This document shows, piece after piece, positions 10,262 through 20,122 of a stretch of DNA of 64,000 nucleotides; position 1 is the first letter of the stretch, and each line of letters opens with the position of its first letter. Below the pieces are notes generated by a model. It did no database searches, was not told where the DNA came from, and saw only the letters and a program-made list of their open reading frames with translations. Made by a program: the position numbers and the translations under genes. Source of the DNA: Candidatus Latescibacterota bacterium (GTDB lineage: Bacteria; Latescibacterota; UBA2968); NCBI GenBank assembly GCA_965207885.1, contig OZ242311.1, positions 2,560,001 to 2,624,000 on the forward strand, given 5' to 3'.

Positions 10262-11041
10262 TTAATTTTTGATCAGAATCACGTAGGTCCTGCGAGAGAC
10301 CTCTTGAAAGCCAAGTTTCGCTGCAACTCGCAAAGAAGCAAAATTATCCTCTCCTGTGCTCCAAACGGGAACGCGTCCTTCTTTCTGAAGCCGATTCGAT
10401 ACTATCGAGGCGGCGGCACTACACAGGCCCATTTTGCGCCAGGGTTCGAGAGTTCCAACGCCAATCTCACCGTGAAGATCAGTGACGCCGCTTGTGTGGG
10501 CTATGGACACCAATCGCCCCGCATCAATAGCGCCCGCCACAATTCCCTCTGAGAGCATTATTTCCATATCCTCGTAGCCACTACCCTGTATTTCGATAGG
10601 TGCGGAGGCAATTAAGTTTCGGTCCTGCGTGGTCAATTCGCGAACGTATTCACTGGTGAACAGTTGGACTGGTCTCGTCAACGAATGATAAACGTCGCCA
10701 TAGTAGCGCACTTTTATTCCGTTGGACTTCTCTATCATATCACCAAGCGGTTTGGCGCATTGTCGATTCACACCTATACAGTCCCAACCCTCCACCAACT
10801 GAAGCAATTCCCACAGTGCCCGCGCCTCGGTCCCAAATCCCCTGGGTTCTTCTGGATCGAAGTGGCCCTGGACGATAGCTGCGCTGAAGGAGGTGGGACT
10901 TCCTGCGACAAAGGCCTTGCACAGTTTCTTTCTGAGAAGGTGTACTGCCACTACAGTCTCGGGAGTATCACCCAGAGTATCCGCGAGTTCGGCAAAATCC
11001 CCTGAATCCAGTTGTGCGATGTCGTATGCCATTGAAATCAC
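10262..11041 (-). CDS. GNAT N-acetyltransferase
   Basis: EIGVGTLEPWRKMGL, N.ASLRVAAKLGF. Confidence 0.82.
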   Translation of the reverse strand: MISMAYDIAQLDSGDFAELADTLGDTPETVVAVHLLRKKLCKAFVAGSPTSFSAAIVQGHFDPEEPRGFGTEARALWELLQLVEGWDCIGVNRQCAKPLGDMIEKSNGIKVRYYGDVYHSLTRPVQLFTSEYVRELTTQDRNLIASAPIEIQGSGYEDMEIMLSEGIVAGAIDAGRLVSIAHTSGVTDLHGEIGVGTLEPWRKMGLCSAAASIVSNRLQKEGRVPVWSTGEDNFASLRVAAKLGFQEVSRRTYVILIKN

Positions 11042-11758
11042 TCAGGTCAGTTTTTCGACCAGATCATCGAAGTCAGATGCGCTTACATCAAAGGTCTCAA
11101 GGGGCATAGTAGGCTCATCCGTTGGAAACCTCCTCCACCAGTCGTTTTCCCTATGTACGTATGCGGTTTTCAGACCTGCGTTTTTGGCACCCTTGAGATC
11201 GTTCGCATGCGCCGCCACCATCATCACCTCATCTGGTGCGCAACCGAGGAGTTCAGCGGCCTGTTGATAAGCTCGCGTGTCTGTTTTATATCGCTCCAGA
11301 AATTCACACGATAATATACCGTCCCAACTGAGGTTGTTATACTTTGAGCAATCTACGGCAATTGCGTAACTCAATACGGTCAATATGATGACTGAATAAT
11401 GATCTCGCAATTTGTGTATTGCGCTAACAGCGTCTGGTCAGGTTTTCATTCTGTGCCACACCAGATTCAGGTCGTCCCTTTCCTTCGCGGAAAGATGAAT
11501 GGCGTTGAGGTTCTCGAGAATATTGTCAAGTACGAGCCGATGAATCGCATCGGCGTTCATCCTTGGCAACTCACCTGTTTTTACTCGCGCCAGCATCTCA
11601 AACATACCACTGCGCCAGTCCGTGGCGAACTGACGTGCGTCAAGCCTTACACCTTTTTCTGCTGACAATGCGCGGAGTTCTGCCTCAATCGTCCCTCTCC
11701 AATCAAAAACAGTACCTCCAACATCAAATGTAAGCGCTTTTACACCTGGATATTTCAT
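11042..11758 (-). pseudogene. Haloacid dehalogenase type II with an in-frame TGA at 11438-11440
   Basis: FDVGGTVFDW...WHRMKT*PDAVSAIHKLR...MMVAAHANDL; the two ORFs are in the same frame, 9 codons apart. Confidence 0.8.
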
Positions 11759-11768
11759 TGTTGGCTCC

Positions 11769-12320
11769 CTACTTGAACAGTTCGAGCAAAAGGGCGGTTA
11801 GTGAGAGCCCGTCCCTGAGTTTTCTTTCCCGGATCAGTTGACTGACTTCAGCACGAGTACACCATCTCACACTCCTCACTCCATTCCTATCAAACTCCCC
11901 TTGGGACCCTGTTGCCAAACATTTCGCAATGTGGAACACCTGGTTTGAAATACCATTGGAGGGATGAAAAGTGTAGATCACTTCCATATTACTCGTATCA
12001 TATCCTGTCTCTTCAATGACTTCGCGCCTGGCAGCTTCCAGTACAGATTCTCCTTTTTCAATTCCTCCTGCTGGAATCTCCCACTCGATAGTGCCGGTCG
12101 TGTATCGGTAAGATTCGATCATCAGGATTTGTCCATTATCATTTTCAACGAGTACAGCGACTGCCTCCTTCTTAAAATCTAAGAAATAATGGCGATCAAT
12201 TATCCTGCCTTGGGGAAATTCCACCTTGTCGGCATAGAGATTCATCCACGAACTCTCGTAGATTATCTCCCGGGATAACCGGCGTGGCTTCCGCGGTCCA
12301 TGGCTATCTGAAGTATTCAT
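11769..12320 (-). CDS. NUDIX hydrolase (ADP-ribose pyrophosphatase-like)
   Basis: Nudix box GGIEKGESVLEAARREVIEETG. Confidence 0.92.
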   Translation of the reverse strand: MNTSDSHGPRKPRRLSREIIYESSWMNLYADKVEFPQGRIIDRHYFLDFKKEAVAVLVENDNGQILMIESYRYTTGTIEWEIPAGGIEKGESVLEAARREVIEETGYDTSNMEVIYTFHPSNGISNQVFHIAKCLATGSQGEFDRNGVRSVRWCTRAEVSQLIRERKLRDGLSLTALLLELFK

Positions 12321-12343
12321 AGTTTATCCTTTTAGCTATCATT

Positions 12344-13468
12344 CTATTTCCCATTATCTGTCTCGCTGACCGCAGGTAACACATGACCAATCGCGATCCG
12401 GAACGCTTGATTGGCCACAGACGAACCGTAGTTGCCACCTGTGAAGACGATGACCAGAGACAACTCTGGGATGGCGAAGATGAACTGACCGCCGTTTCCT
12501 TCGGCCGCAAGAACTTCAACTGATCGCCCGCGGTATGGAAAATGATCGAGCCACCAGCCGAAACCATATCGGTCGTTGCCGTAATGCCCCTTCGCCGACT
12601 CGCTGATCCAGGTTGCCGATACAATCTGTTTGTCCTGAAAACGTCCGTTATCTACATAGAGTTGGCCGATCTTGGCCATGTCGCGCGGCCTGAGTCGCAA
12701 GCCAGCATGCGTTTGGGGCAAGCCGCTTTTGGTGTACCACCATTCTGAATGATCTATTCCGAGCGGCGCAAAGAGATGGTTATCTGCGAATTTATCCGCA
12801 TGCATACCCGATGCCCGCTTGATTACGCCAGCGAGCAAGATGAAACAACCGCTGTTGTAGTTGAATCGTGAACCTGGTTCGTCCGACACCTCTCTGGAAA
12901 GCACATACTCTATAAAGTCGCTGGCGTTTTCCATCTGCGCTTCGGAATTGAGGGAACCCGGCTCAGAGTTATGTGCGCCAGATTGATCCCAGTTGAATCC
13001 GGCGGTCATCGTCAGTAGATGCTTCAGGGTAATTCGCCCTTTTTCCTTCGTTAGATAGCGGGCATACTCCGGAAAAAAACGAGCCATTGGTACATCTACG
13101 GAGTCGATATATCCACGATCGATGGCGATGCCGATTAGTGTAGAAGTGATGCTCTTGGAAACAGATCGTGTATCATGCAGGGTTTGCTCACCGAACTCGA
13201 CCACACCCCTCGCACCGTCAGTGCCGGTGTAATACGCTTCGAATACCAGCTTGCCATTTCTGACGATTAGAAAACTATGGATGTTCTTATATGCTTGGCT
13301 GCGTATCTGGTTTGCAACCTGAACAATCGGTTCTGGATCAATCCCCTCCAATTCAAGTGTTGATAAGGGCCAGTCATCGGGTAGGGTAGATTCGCTGGTT
13401 TCTTGTGCCATTGCGACGCTGGGAAGGCAAACGAACCATAGTAATAGGGCTAAAGCTGGCTTCAACAT
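12344..13468 (-). CDS. Secreted serine hydrolase, beta-lactamase-related
   Basis: Signal peptide, SVSK (SxxK), HLLTMTAG, FNYNS, GNGGQ. Confidence 0.88.
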   Translation of the reverse strand: MLKPALALLLWFVCLPSVAMAQETSESTLPDDWPLSTLELEGIDPEPIVQVANQIRSQAYKNIHSFLIVRNGKLVFEAYYTGTDGARGVVEFGEQTLHDTRSVSKSITSTLIGIAIDRGYIDSVDVPMARFFPEYARYLTKEKGRITLKHLLTMTAGFNWDQSGAHNSEPGSLNSEAQMENASDFIEYVLSREVSDEPGSRFNYNSGCFILLAGVIKRASGMHADKFADNHLFAPLGIDHSEWWYTKSGLPQTHAGLRLRPRDMAKIGQLYVDNGRFQDKQIVSATWISESAKGHYGNDRYGFGWWLDHFPYRGRSVEVLAAEGNGGQFIFAIPELSLVIVFTGGNYGSSVANQAFRIAIGHVLPAVSETDNGK

Positions 13469-13480
13469 GTGGAATCTCTA

Positions 13481-14119
13481 CTACGTATTTTCGACTCGAA
13501 AACCACTAACGAATTCGCGAATCACCCAAAGATGTTGATCTGGTTTATAAAGCGTTTGAATGTATCCTGTATCCCCAAAGGAAAATTCAATCCCCTGACC
13601 ACTGACCGATGGCTGTGCACCGACTATACAACGCAACGTGGCATTTAAAATACCTCCGTGTGCGACCACCAGATAGCGCCCTCTTCCTTGTCTGATCACT
13701 TTCTCCAGCGCCCGTGCGGCTCGACAGTGAAATGCCCAGGCACTCTCTCCCGCATCTGCACTTACAACATGGGGTTGAAAGGGATTGTGAAAATCAGGTA
13801 ATGGATATCTGGCTCTGGCGACCTGATGTGGCAAACCTGCAATCGGACCATTATCCTTTTCCATCCAGTCTTCATCAAATTCGACACCTACACCCAGGAT
13901 GTTATCTACTATTTGGGCTGTCTCGCAGGCACGCTTTAATGGACTCGCAATAATCCTGTCAAATGTGATCTCTCTCGACTTCAGTTCCTGTGCTCGGGCT
14001 TCAGCTTGTTCACGACCCACATCTGTAAGAGGTGCATCATATCGGCCCTCAATGACATTCTCGTCATCTGCTCGAGAGCGTCCGTGGCGCATGAACATAA
14101 TCTTGATATCACTATTCAT
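13481..14119 (-). CDS. Histidine phosphatase family protein (copy 1)
   Basis: RHGRS, ASPLKRACETA, VVAHGG. Confidence 0.9.
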   Translation of the reverse strand: MNSDIKIMFMRHGRSRADDENVIEGRYDAPLTDVGREQAEARAQELKSREITFDRIIASPLKRACETAQIVDNILGVGVEFDEDWMEKDNGPIAGLPHQVARARYPLPDFHNPFQPHVVSADAGESAWAFHCRAARALEKVIRQGRGRYLVVAHGGILNATLRCIVGAQPSVSGQGIEFSFGDTGYIQTLYKPDQHLWVIREFVSGFRVENT

Positions 14120-14150
14120 AAAATAACTCCATCATCAATCAGGAGAGAGA

Positions 14151-14214
14151 GAAACTCCATCTTGTCGGCATAAAGATTCATCCACGAGCTCTCGTAGATT
14201 ATCTCCCGAGGTAA
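14151..14214 (-). repeat. 64-bp copy of the NUDIX 5' coding segment (12215-12278)
   Basis: 58/64 identical by manual alignment. Confidence 0.9.
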
Positions 14215-14218
14215 TAAG

Positions 14219-15145
14219 TCAGTGTTTCCTATGGCCCACGAGTTGAGTAAGTTTTTCCCTATTTGCTTCAAAATTCTTTTTATTATGATTCACGTATGTT
14301 GCACCAAATAAGAAACACACTTCAAACCATAGAAGCTCCGCAACGTCCCTTCTAAATGCCTGACAAAAAATGGTCTTAAGTTCCGGTTTTTGGTGTAACC
14401 AACCTACGCATAGAATTTCACCGAGTGGATCATTTTTTAAACAAGCAAATTCCCAATCTATGGCAGCATATATAATACCATTTTTATGCAGAAAATTCTG
14501 TGGGTTCGGATCCCCGTGACAAAAGGTTAGAGGACGTGCATTTGGAAGCCGTTCACTCAGCCAGGAGAGCGAATATCTCACCAATGGATCATTTCTAAAT
14601 GTGCGCGAGTTCTCATCTAACCAGGCAAGGTTACTACACATTGTGCGGATAGGGAGAATAGATTCGAGGCTATCGGCTTCTTTGTAGTCGATAGTAGAAA
14701 TATATGCAATCAACTCTGCCAGTTGCGAAACCAATTGGTCGCTATAGGAAGGATGGAATGTCCACCTTAGATGCTTGCCAGGCAGACATTCCATCAGAAA
14801 ACTGGGGACACCAAAAGTTTCTCCATGATCATATCCCCAAACTTGGGGGGTGCGAAGCCTTAGATTTAGTTTATGTAGTTCCTGTAAAATCAAATATTCG
14901 CGGTGAAGATTATACAGATCATAGCTTTTTCGCCATTGGGGGATATATTCGGGTTCGCATCTTAGGACGAAATCAACATTTCCATCATCCGTTTTTGCAT
15001 AAATATAGTAATTGCGATTCTCTGTGCCCCCTGTCGTAGGTTGGGGCGGTCTTCTGAGCTCGATGATTTCTTTACCAACAGCAATAGACAAATATTCAAT
15101 GAGGTTTAACCTGTTTTCCTCAAATGTTGGATTCAGAAACTTCAT
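14219..15145 (-). CDS. Aminoglycoside phosphotransferase/choline kinase-like protein
   Basis: CHGDPNPQN Brenner motif, IDWEFA. Confidence 0.85.
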   Translation of the reverse strand: MKFLNPTFEENRLNLIEYLSIAVGKEIIELRRPPQPTTGGTENRNYYIYAKTDDGNVDFVLRCEPEYIPQWRKSYDLYNLHREYLILQELHKLNLRLRTPQVWGYDHGETFGVPSFLMECLPGKHLRWTFHPSYSDQLVSQLAELIAYISTIDYKEADSLESILPIRTMCSNLAWLDENSRTFRNDPLVRYSLSWLSERLPNARPLTFCHGDPNPQNFLHKNGIIYAAIDWEFACLKNDPLGEILCVGWLHQKPELKTIFCQAFRRDVAELLWFEVCFLFGATYVNHNKKNFEANREKLTQLVGHRKH

Positions 15146-16437
15146 TCGTCTCGAAGGGCATCCGTTACTTGCCCCTCCCTCTCAGCTCGAAAGCTTATAG
15201 ATTTACCATCTTTAATGGTGAAAGTCACCTTGTAATACGGATCGGTAGAAAAAACAAAGGTGTGATTTCCCATGGCTCGAAGTGGACGACCACTTACTCT
15301 GAGTGTACCTTCTGCAACTGATACTGGGAATGGCACGGGTGCCATAGTTGATCCCCACTTGTAAGTTCCCGTATAGATTTCGAGGTTATCTTCTGACACA
15401 TGGATTTCATCAATTACGATTTCAGGAATCCCCAACATCAGGCGTGAAACTTGACTCTCAAGTTGTGCACGAGGAGCAGAGTTGAGATTGCACAATACAG
15501 TGACAGTAAGACCATCATCGGGATAAGCAGATAATTGAGCACGAAATCCGTTTATGTCTCCGCCATGCTCAATTTTGCGATGTCCATTGAGATTGCTGAT
15601 GAAAAAACCATATCCGTATGTAGTTTGTTTTCCATTCCTTAAAAGACCTGGCTCAATCATCTCATTATAGCTTTGTCGTGATATGAGTTTATTCTCGTTT
15701 AGTGCAGTCTGCCATTTCAGCAGGTCTAATATACTGGAACCCAATGAACCTCCAGAGAATGGGTTATCCATGCCGAGGGGGCGCGCCAGAACAAATTCAT
15801 TATCCTTATGGTCATAACCCGTTGCGAGATTCTTGATAGGTTTGGTTTTCCCCAAATAGTAGGTGTCAAACATTTCCAAAGGTTGCCATACGTTCGCTTT
15901 GAGAAAGTCAGCATAGCTCATACCAGACACATTTTCGATTATCAAGCCCAGGAGGTAATACCCTGAGTTATTGTACTGAAAATTTTCACAGGGTGAAAAT
16001 TCAACGGGTTCTGACGAGAACAGATCAACGATCTCCTTTCGCGAAAGATCGCGTTCAGATATTTCCCAAAATTTCTCGATATCTGTATAGCTTTTGATGC
16101 CCGATGTATGGTTGAGAAGCTGATCAATTGTGACTTTATGATCTCTTTGGGGATAATTGGGCAGATAGTCCAGCATAATATCATTCAAATCCACCTTGCC
16201 CTGTTCAACAAGAATCATGATAGCGAGAGCTGTAAACTGTTTCGTTATTGAGCCAATCCGGTAAACAGTATGTTCAGTAGCTTCTACTTTTTTGTTCAAA
16301 TCTGCGTAGCCATATCCACGCGCAAGAATGATCTCATTATGGCGCATAACACCCACCGATGCCCCCACCAATTGGGTCTCATTTATCGCATTTTCTACAA
16401 TTGCATCAATCTGTTCTTGAATGGTTGCGTCTGGCAT
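15142..16437 (-). CDS. Serine hydrolase, beta-lactamase-related
   Basis: GSITKQFTA (SxxK), LLNHTSG, YNNSGY, HGG.ING. Confidence 0.9.
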   Translation of the reverse strand: MPDATIQEQIDAIVENAINETQLVGASVGVMRHNEIILARGYGYADLNKKVEATEHTVYRIGSITKQFTALAIMILVEQGKVDLNDIMLDYLPNYPQRDHKVTIDQLLNHTSGIKSYTDIEKFWEISERDLSRKEIVDLFSSEPVEFSPCENFQYNNSGYYLLGLIIENVSGMSYADFLKANVWQPLEMFDTYYLGKTKPIKNLATGYDHKDNEFVLARPLGMDNPFSGGSLGSSILDLLKWQTALNENKLISRQSYNEMIEPGLLRNGKQTTYGYGFFISNLNGHRKIEHGGDINGFRAQLSAYPDDGLTVTVLCNLNSAPRAQLESQVSRLMLGIPEIVIDEIHVSEDNLEIYTGTYKWGSTMAPVPFPVSVAEGTLRVSGRPLRAMGNHTFVFSTDPYYKVTFTIKDGKSISFRAEREGQVTDALRDE

Positions 16438-16452
16438 GAATTCACCATATAT

Positions 16453-16508
16453 GTTCAACGATATTTTTTCGGGTAGTGGGTTCGGAAGGACGCGTGAAGC
16501 CGTTGGTA
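16453..16508 (-). repeat. Possible degenerate attC remnant
   Basis: Minus strand TACCAAC...GTTGAAC in the spacer; weak internal symmetry. Confidence 0.3.
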
Positions 16509-16552
16509 TAAGCCGTGCCGTATTTTTCCCAGCGGCCTTAGATCATCAATAT

Positions 16553-17353
16553 TTAGACCTTCATAAAATCGCTGAAATTGATCTGCTTGGGTCTGCAATA
16601 GGTGAAATCAAAAAGTCGTTCAAACCCGATTTTTCGGTAAATTGGCTCGCCCATTGATGACGCTTGAAGAGTTGAAATTTGAAAACCCCTCTCTAATGCA
16701 TCTAGCAATGGTGCGATCGTTAAAGCAGTTCCAATTCCTTGATTCCTGAATTCTGGCAAAACCATAACATTGTAGAGTCCAGCTACACCGGAAGAATAAA
16801 ACATCATAGACCTGCCAACGACTTTTCCACCCAATGATCCTGAATAGAGTCGCAAATTCGGTTCTGATAATAGCCTCTCATAGAGGCTGAACTCAAAACC
16901 ACTTCCCACTTGACACCATTGAGTGAGTTTTTCGATAGCATCGACAACCTCGATAGCTACGTCTTCAGATTTATGAGAATCGAATTTGCATTCGCTCAGA
17001 TCAGCAGCCATTGCAGGGCGCGAGAGAAACGGTTCAAAGTCTTTTTCTATCAGCCTTTCCTCCAGATTATCGGGTTTACTACTCACACTGAGTTTTATGA
17101 CAGGCGGGGCGACAAAATCCCTTATTGCGTCCATGATCGCGTCAAGTCTTTCATCTACCTGTTGTGGGGCAAAGCAGGGAGAAAAAATAAAATTTGGCCA
17201 CGAAGGTTTAGCTATAACCCAACTGACATCATCCTCTTCCACAAGAGTACGTCTACCTTTCTGTGCAAGAAATTTGTAGATATCGTATAGATTGTTTTCA
17301 TTCGCTGAAATCAAGTCATCAAGTGATGTTGACTTCATGATTGACCCTAACAT
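16553..17353 (-). CDS. GNAT N-acetyltransferase
   Basis: AGLYNVMVLPEFRNQGIG, LQASSMGEPIYRKIGF. Confidence 0.87.
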   Translation of the reverse strand: MLGSIMKSTSLDDLISANENNLYDIYKFLAQKGRRTLVEEDDVSWVIAKPSWPNFIFSPCFAPQQVDERLDAIMDAIRDFVAPPVIKLSVSSKPDNLEERLIEKDFEPFLSRPAMAADLSECKFDSHKSEDVAIEVVDAIEKLTQWCQVGSGFEFSLYERLLSEPNLRLYSGSLGGKVVGRSMMFYSSGVAGLYNVMVLPEFRNQGIGTALTIAPLLDALERGFQISTLQASSMGEPIYRKIGFERLFDFTYCRPKQINFSDFMKV

Positions 17354-17376
17354 AGAGTCTCCTGATTTATTGAACT

Positions 17377-18018
17377 TTAAAAAAAGCGAAGGCGTTCTTC
17401 CACTGATAAATCTTTGGTCTGCAAATAATGCACTTGCCGAATGAAGTGTATTTCCTGCATCATTTCATCATTCGGAAATTCCTTCTGAACGTCCTTCCAA
17501 TGACTGGTGGCTGTGCACCGACTATACAACGCAACGTGGCCATTTAAAATACCTCCGTGTGCGACCACCAGGTAGCGCCCTTTTCCCAGTCGGATCACTT
17601 TCTCCAACGCCCGTGCGGCTCGACAGTGAAATGCCCAGGCACTCTCTCCCGCATCTGCACTTACAACATGGGGTTGAAAGGGATTATGAAAAGCAGGTAA
17701 TGGATACCTGGCTCTGGCGACCTGATGCGGCAAACCTGCAATCGGACCATTATCCTTTTCCATCCAGTCTTCATCGAACTCGACACCTACACCCAGGATG
17801 TTATCTACTATTTGGGCTGTCTCGCAGGCACGCTTTAATGGACTCGCAATAATTCTGTCAAATTTGATCTTTCTTGCCTTCAGCTCCTGTGCTCGGGCTT
17901 CAGCTTGTTCACGACCCACGTCTGTAAGAGGTGCATCATATCGGCCCTCAATGACATTCTCGTCATCTGCTCGAGAGCGTCCGTGGCGCATGAACATAAT
18001 CTTGATATCATCATTCAT
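17377..18018 (-). pseudogene. Histidine phosphatase copy 2, frameshifted, truncated and fused to an unrelated gene end
   Basis: Near-identical to 13602-14140; extra C near 17540 shifts the frame; similarity ends about 17501; tail WKDVQKEFPNDEMMQEIHF... is unrelated. Confidence 0.85.
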
Positions 18019-18148
18019 AAAATAACTCCATCATCAATCTTCACATACTCTTACAAGGATCTCCGTTGAGTCCGAGGTGTTCGTAGAACTCTTTGCCCGG
18101 CTGGTCAAGAGGCTTCCCATACACCGGCTCAAAGACACTAAGGTCCAT

Positions 18149-18811
18149 CTACGAGCTATCTCTTTTGACGGCGAAGAAAAATGGGTGAACTTCCTCCGGC
18201 GCATTAACACTTTTGGATCCACTTCCTACGGTACCTTCCTGTTCAATCTGGAACCCAGTCTCAGTGAGAAACTTTTTGTAGGTTGAGGGGCCAAAGTTGC
18301 TCCAGTACATGGTCCCGCCGAAGAAATCATCTTCAGTATATCCCGGCCCATCGTCGTACCTTGCAACCGTAAACAGAAGGAGGCCACCGGGCCGAAGCCA
18401 TTGTGCAAATCTACGAAAGAGGTCCTGGTGCTCCTGTCTCGGGATATGGAAGATGGCGTAAAAGCTGACAATTGCATCGAAGCTACCTGAGGGGAATTCG
18501 GTCTTCATTACGTCGGCGATGATGAATTCGGCTGTGGGGACGTTTTTCTTAGCTAAAGCGATCATGTTTGAGGAGATGTCGATCCCAGTGAGGCTGAATG
18601 TCCCGGCAAGATGTTGTGCAACCGGGATACCAGCACCACATCCAACATCAAGGATCTTTGCACCAGGCAGCAGATGCTCAGTTATCAAGTTGAGTTCCGC
18701 TTCAGGTGTGATACGCCTTTGCCCAGCGTAATCTCTCGCACACCGGTTATAGGCGGTCCTTACCAGGTCCCGATAATCGGTCTCCGGATCGTCAGCAATC
18801 TTGAATGGCAT
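18149..18811 (-). CDS. Class I SAM-dependent methyltransferase
   Basis: ILDVGCGAG, LRPGGLLL. Confidence 0.9.
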   Translation of the reverse strand: MPFKIADDPETDYRDLVRTAYNRCARDYAGQRRITPEAELNLITEHLLPGAKILDVGCGAGIPVAQHLAGTFSLTGIDISSNMIALAKKNVPTAEFIIADVMKTEFPSGSFDAIVSFYAIFHIPRQEHQDLFRRFAQWLRPGGLLLFTVARYDDGPGYTEDDFFGGTMYWSNFGPSTYKKFLTETGFQIEQEGTVGSGSKSVNAPEEVHPFFFAVKRDSS

Positions 18812-18825
18812 AGGTCTCCTTGTTG

Positions 18826-18838
18826 ATCTAAGTTATGC
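18826..18838 (-). repeat. Fully collapsed attC-like remnant
   Basis: 6 nt after the EamA stop: GCATAAC directly joined to TTAGAT. Confidence 0.4.
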
Positions 18839-18844
18839 GTTTCC

Positions 18845-19753
18845 CTATCCGGTTCCGACGAGCACAAGCCCTGTGAAGATGATGGCGGTTCCGAGATATT
18901 TGGGGGTGTAGCCGGGTTCTTTGAGACAGAGAATACCGAAAATAGTGCCCAGGGGAATGCTGATCTGGCGAAAAGTAACGACATAGCTGACGTTTGAGAC
19001 AAAGGCCAGACTGATCAGGACCAGAGTATAAGCGACGGCCATGCCAGCACCTGCCAGCAGGGCGCGAGATGCCCGCGTTTTCAGGATTTCCCACATAAGG
19101 ATGCGACCGCGTTTTTGAAATAAAACCCAAATGCCCAGCCAGAGTGAGGTAATGAGGCCTTCAAAAAAGGCATAGAGAATCGTAGCCTGCCAGCCTGCAA
19201 TGGGAAGATCGGGAGTATCTCTGAGGAAGCGCAAAGCCTCGTCGTCGATGATCGAATAACCTGCTGAGGTGAAGGCGGCCATCAATGCAAACAATACCGA
19301 TGAATTCAGGTAGTTGTCAATACGGAAATCACTCAGATGCTTCATGGGCAGGATAAACATTCCAACGGCAACCAGGGCAATGCCCCAAATGCACTGTGTG
19401 CTGACCTGGTCGGCACGGTCAAAAAAAAGCGTCACGATAATGACTACGATGACCGGGGATGACCGGGCGATGGGGTAGAGGATGGACAGATCTCCTCTCT
19501 GGTAGGCGTTGGCCAACCCGAGGATGTAGATGGTCTGAAAAATACCTGTTGCGATAAGCAAGAACCATACGGAAGTAGGGAATGTGGGAATTGCTGAACC
19601 GAATAGGATGAGTGCGGGAATCAGGCACAGAGTTCCCAGTGTGTTGACCAGGAGGAAGAAGGCAGAGGACGGATGTTCCCGCTTACACAACAGGTTCCAG
19701 CCCACGTGAGTGAAGGCGGAGATGAGGATGAGGATGATGGCGGTGAGGGTCAA
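18845..19753 (-). CDS. EamA/DMT family transporter
   Basis: About 10 hydrophobic segments, AY..GDLSILYPIARSSP, FRQISI. Confidence 0.87.
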   Translation of the reverse strand: MTLTAIILILISAFTHVGWNLLCKREHPSSAFFLLVNTLGTLCLIPALILFGSAIPTFPTSVWFLLIATGIFQTIYILGLANAYQRGDLSILYPIARSSPVIVVIIVTLFFDRADQVSTQCIWGIALVAVGMFILPMKHLSDFRIDNYLNSSVLFALMAAFTSAGYSIIDDEALRFLRDTPDLPIAGWQATILYAFFEGLITSLWLGIWVLFQKRGRILMWEILKTRASRALLAGAGMAVAYTLVLISLAFVSNVSYVVTFRQISIPLGTIFGILCLKEPGYTPKYLGTAIIFTGLVLVGTG

Positions 19754-19819
19754 GGCGACATTTTTTGAATGATGGAAACAGGGAGGGTATCTTATCGTAA
19801 AAAACGGGCAAGTCGAGTA

Positions 19820-20122
19820 CTACACTTTATTTCGCGCTTCTAACCATCGCTTTAGCGAACGTTGGCTCTCTCCCGAAGGTCGGCCAGCCCATACATTTTC
19901 GACGCTAATATCCTCATCCAGATCAGGCCAATGGATGCCTTCACCTCGACCGATGAGTCGCCAATTATTGCGCTCTTGAGAGGTGCCATGCAATAGACGA
20001 GGATACCATTCTAAAGGGACTCTTATGCTTCGTCCATCAACTAAGTCTATCATTAGTGACTCGTCGTCGATAGAGATACGCTCCGCAAGCGTAGGTTGAA
20101 TTTCAATCGTTGAAATACTCAT
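19820..20122 (-). CDS. DUF2442 protein (putative antitoxin)
   Basis: DLVDGRSIRVPLEWYPRLL...GEGIHWPDLDEDISV. Confidence 0.88.
   Translation of the reverse strand: MSISTIEIQPTLAERISIDDESLMIDLVDGRSIRVPLEWYPRLLHGTSQERNNWRLIGRGEGIHWPDLDEDISVENVWAGRPSGESQRSLKRWLEARNKV

Noticed and set aside
11411-11430. gcgctaac resembling an attC R' box
   Set aside because: Lies inside the HAD coding frame; chance match
11438-11440. TGA recoding (alternative genetic code or Sec)
   Set aside because: Single case at a Trp position; many genes here end normally in TGA; the tRNA-like relic is defective
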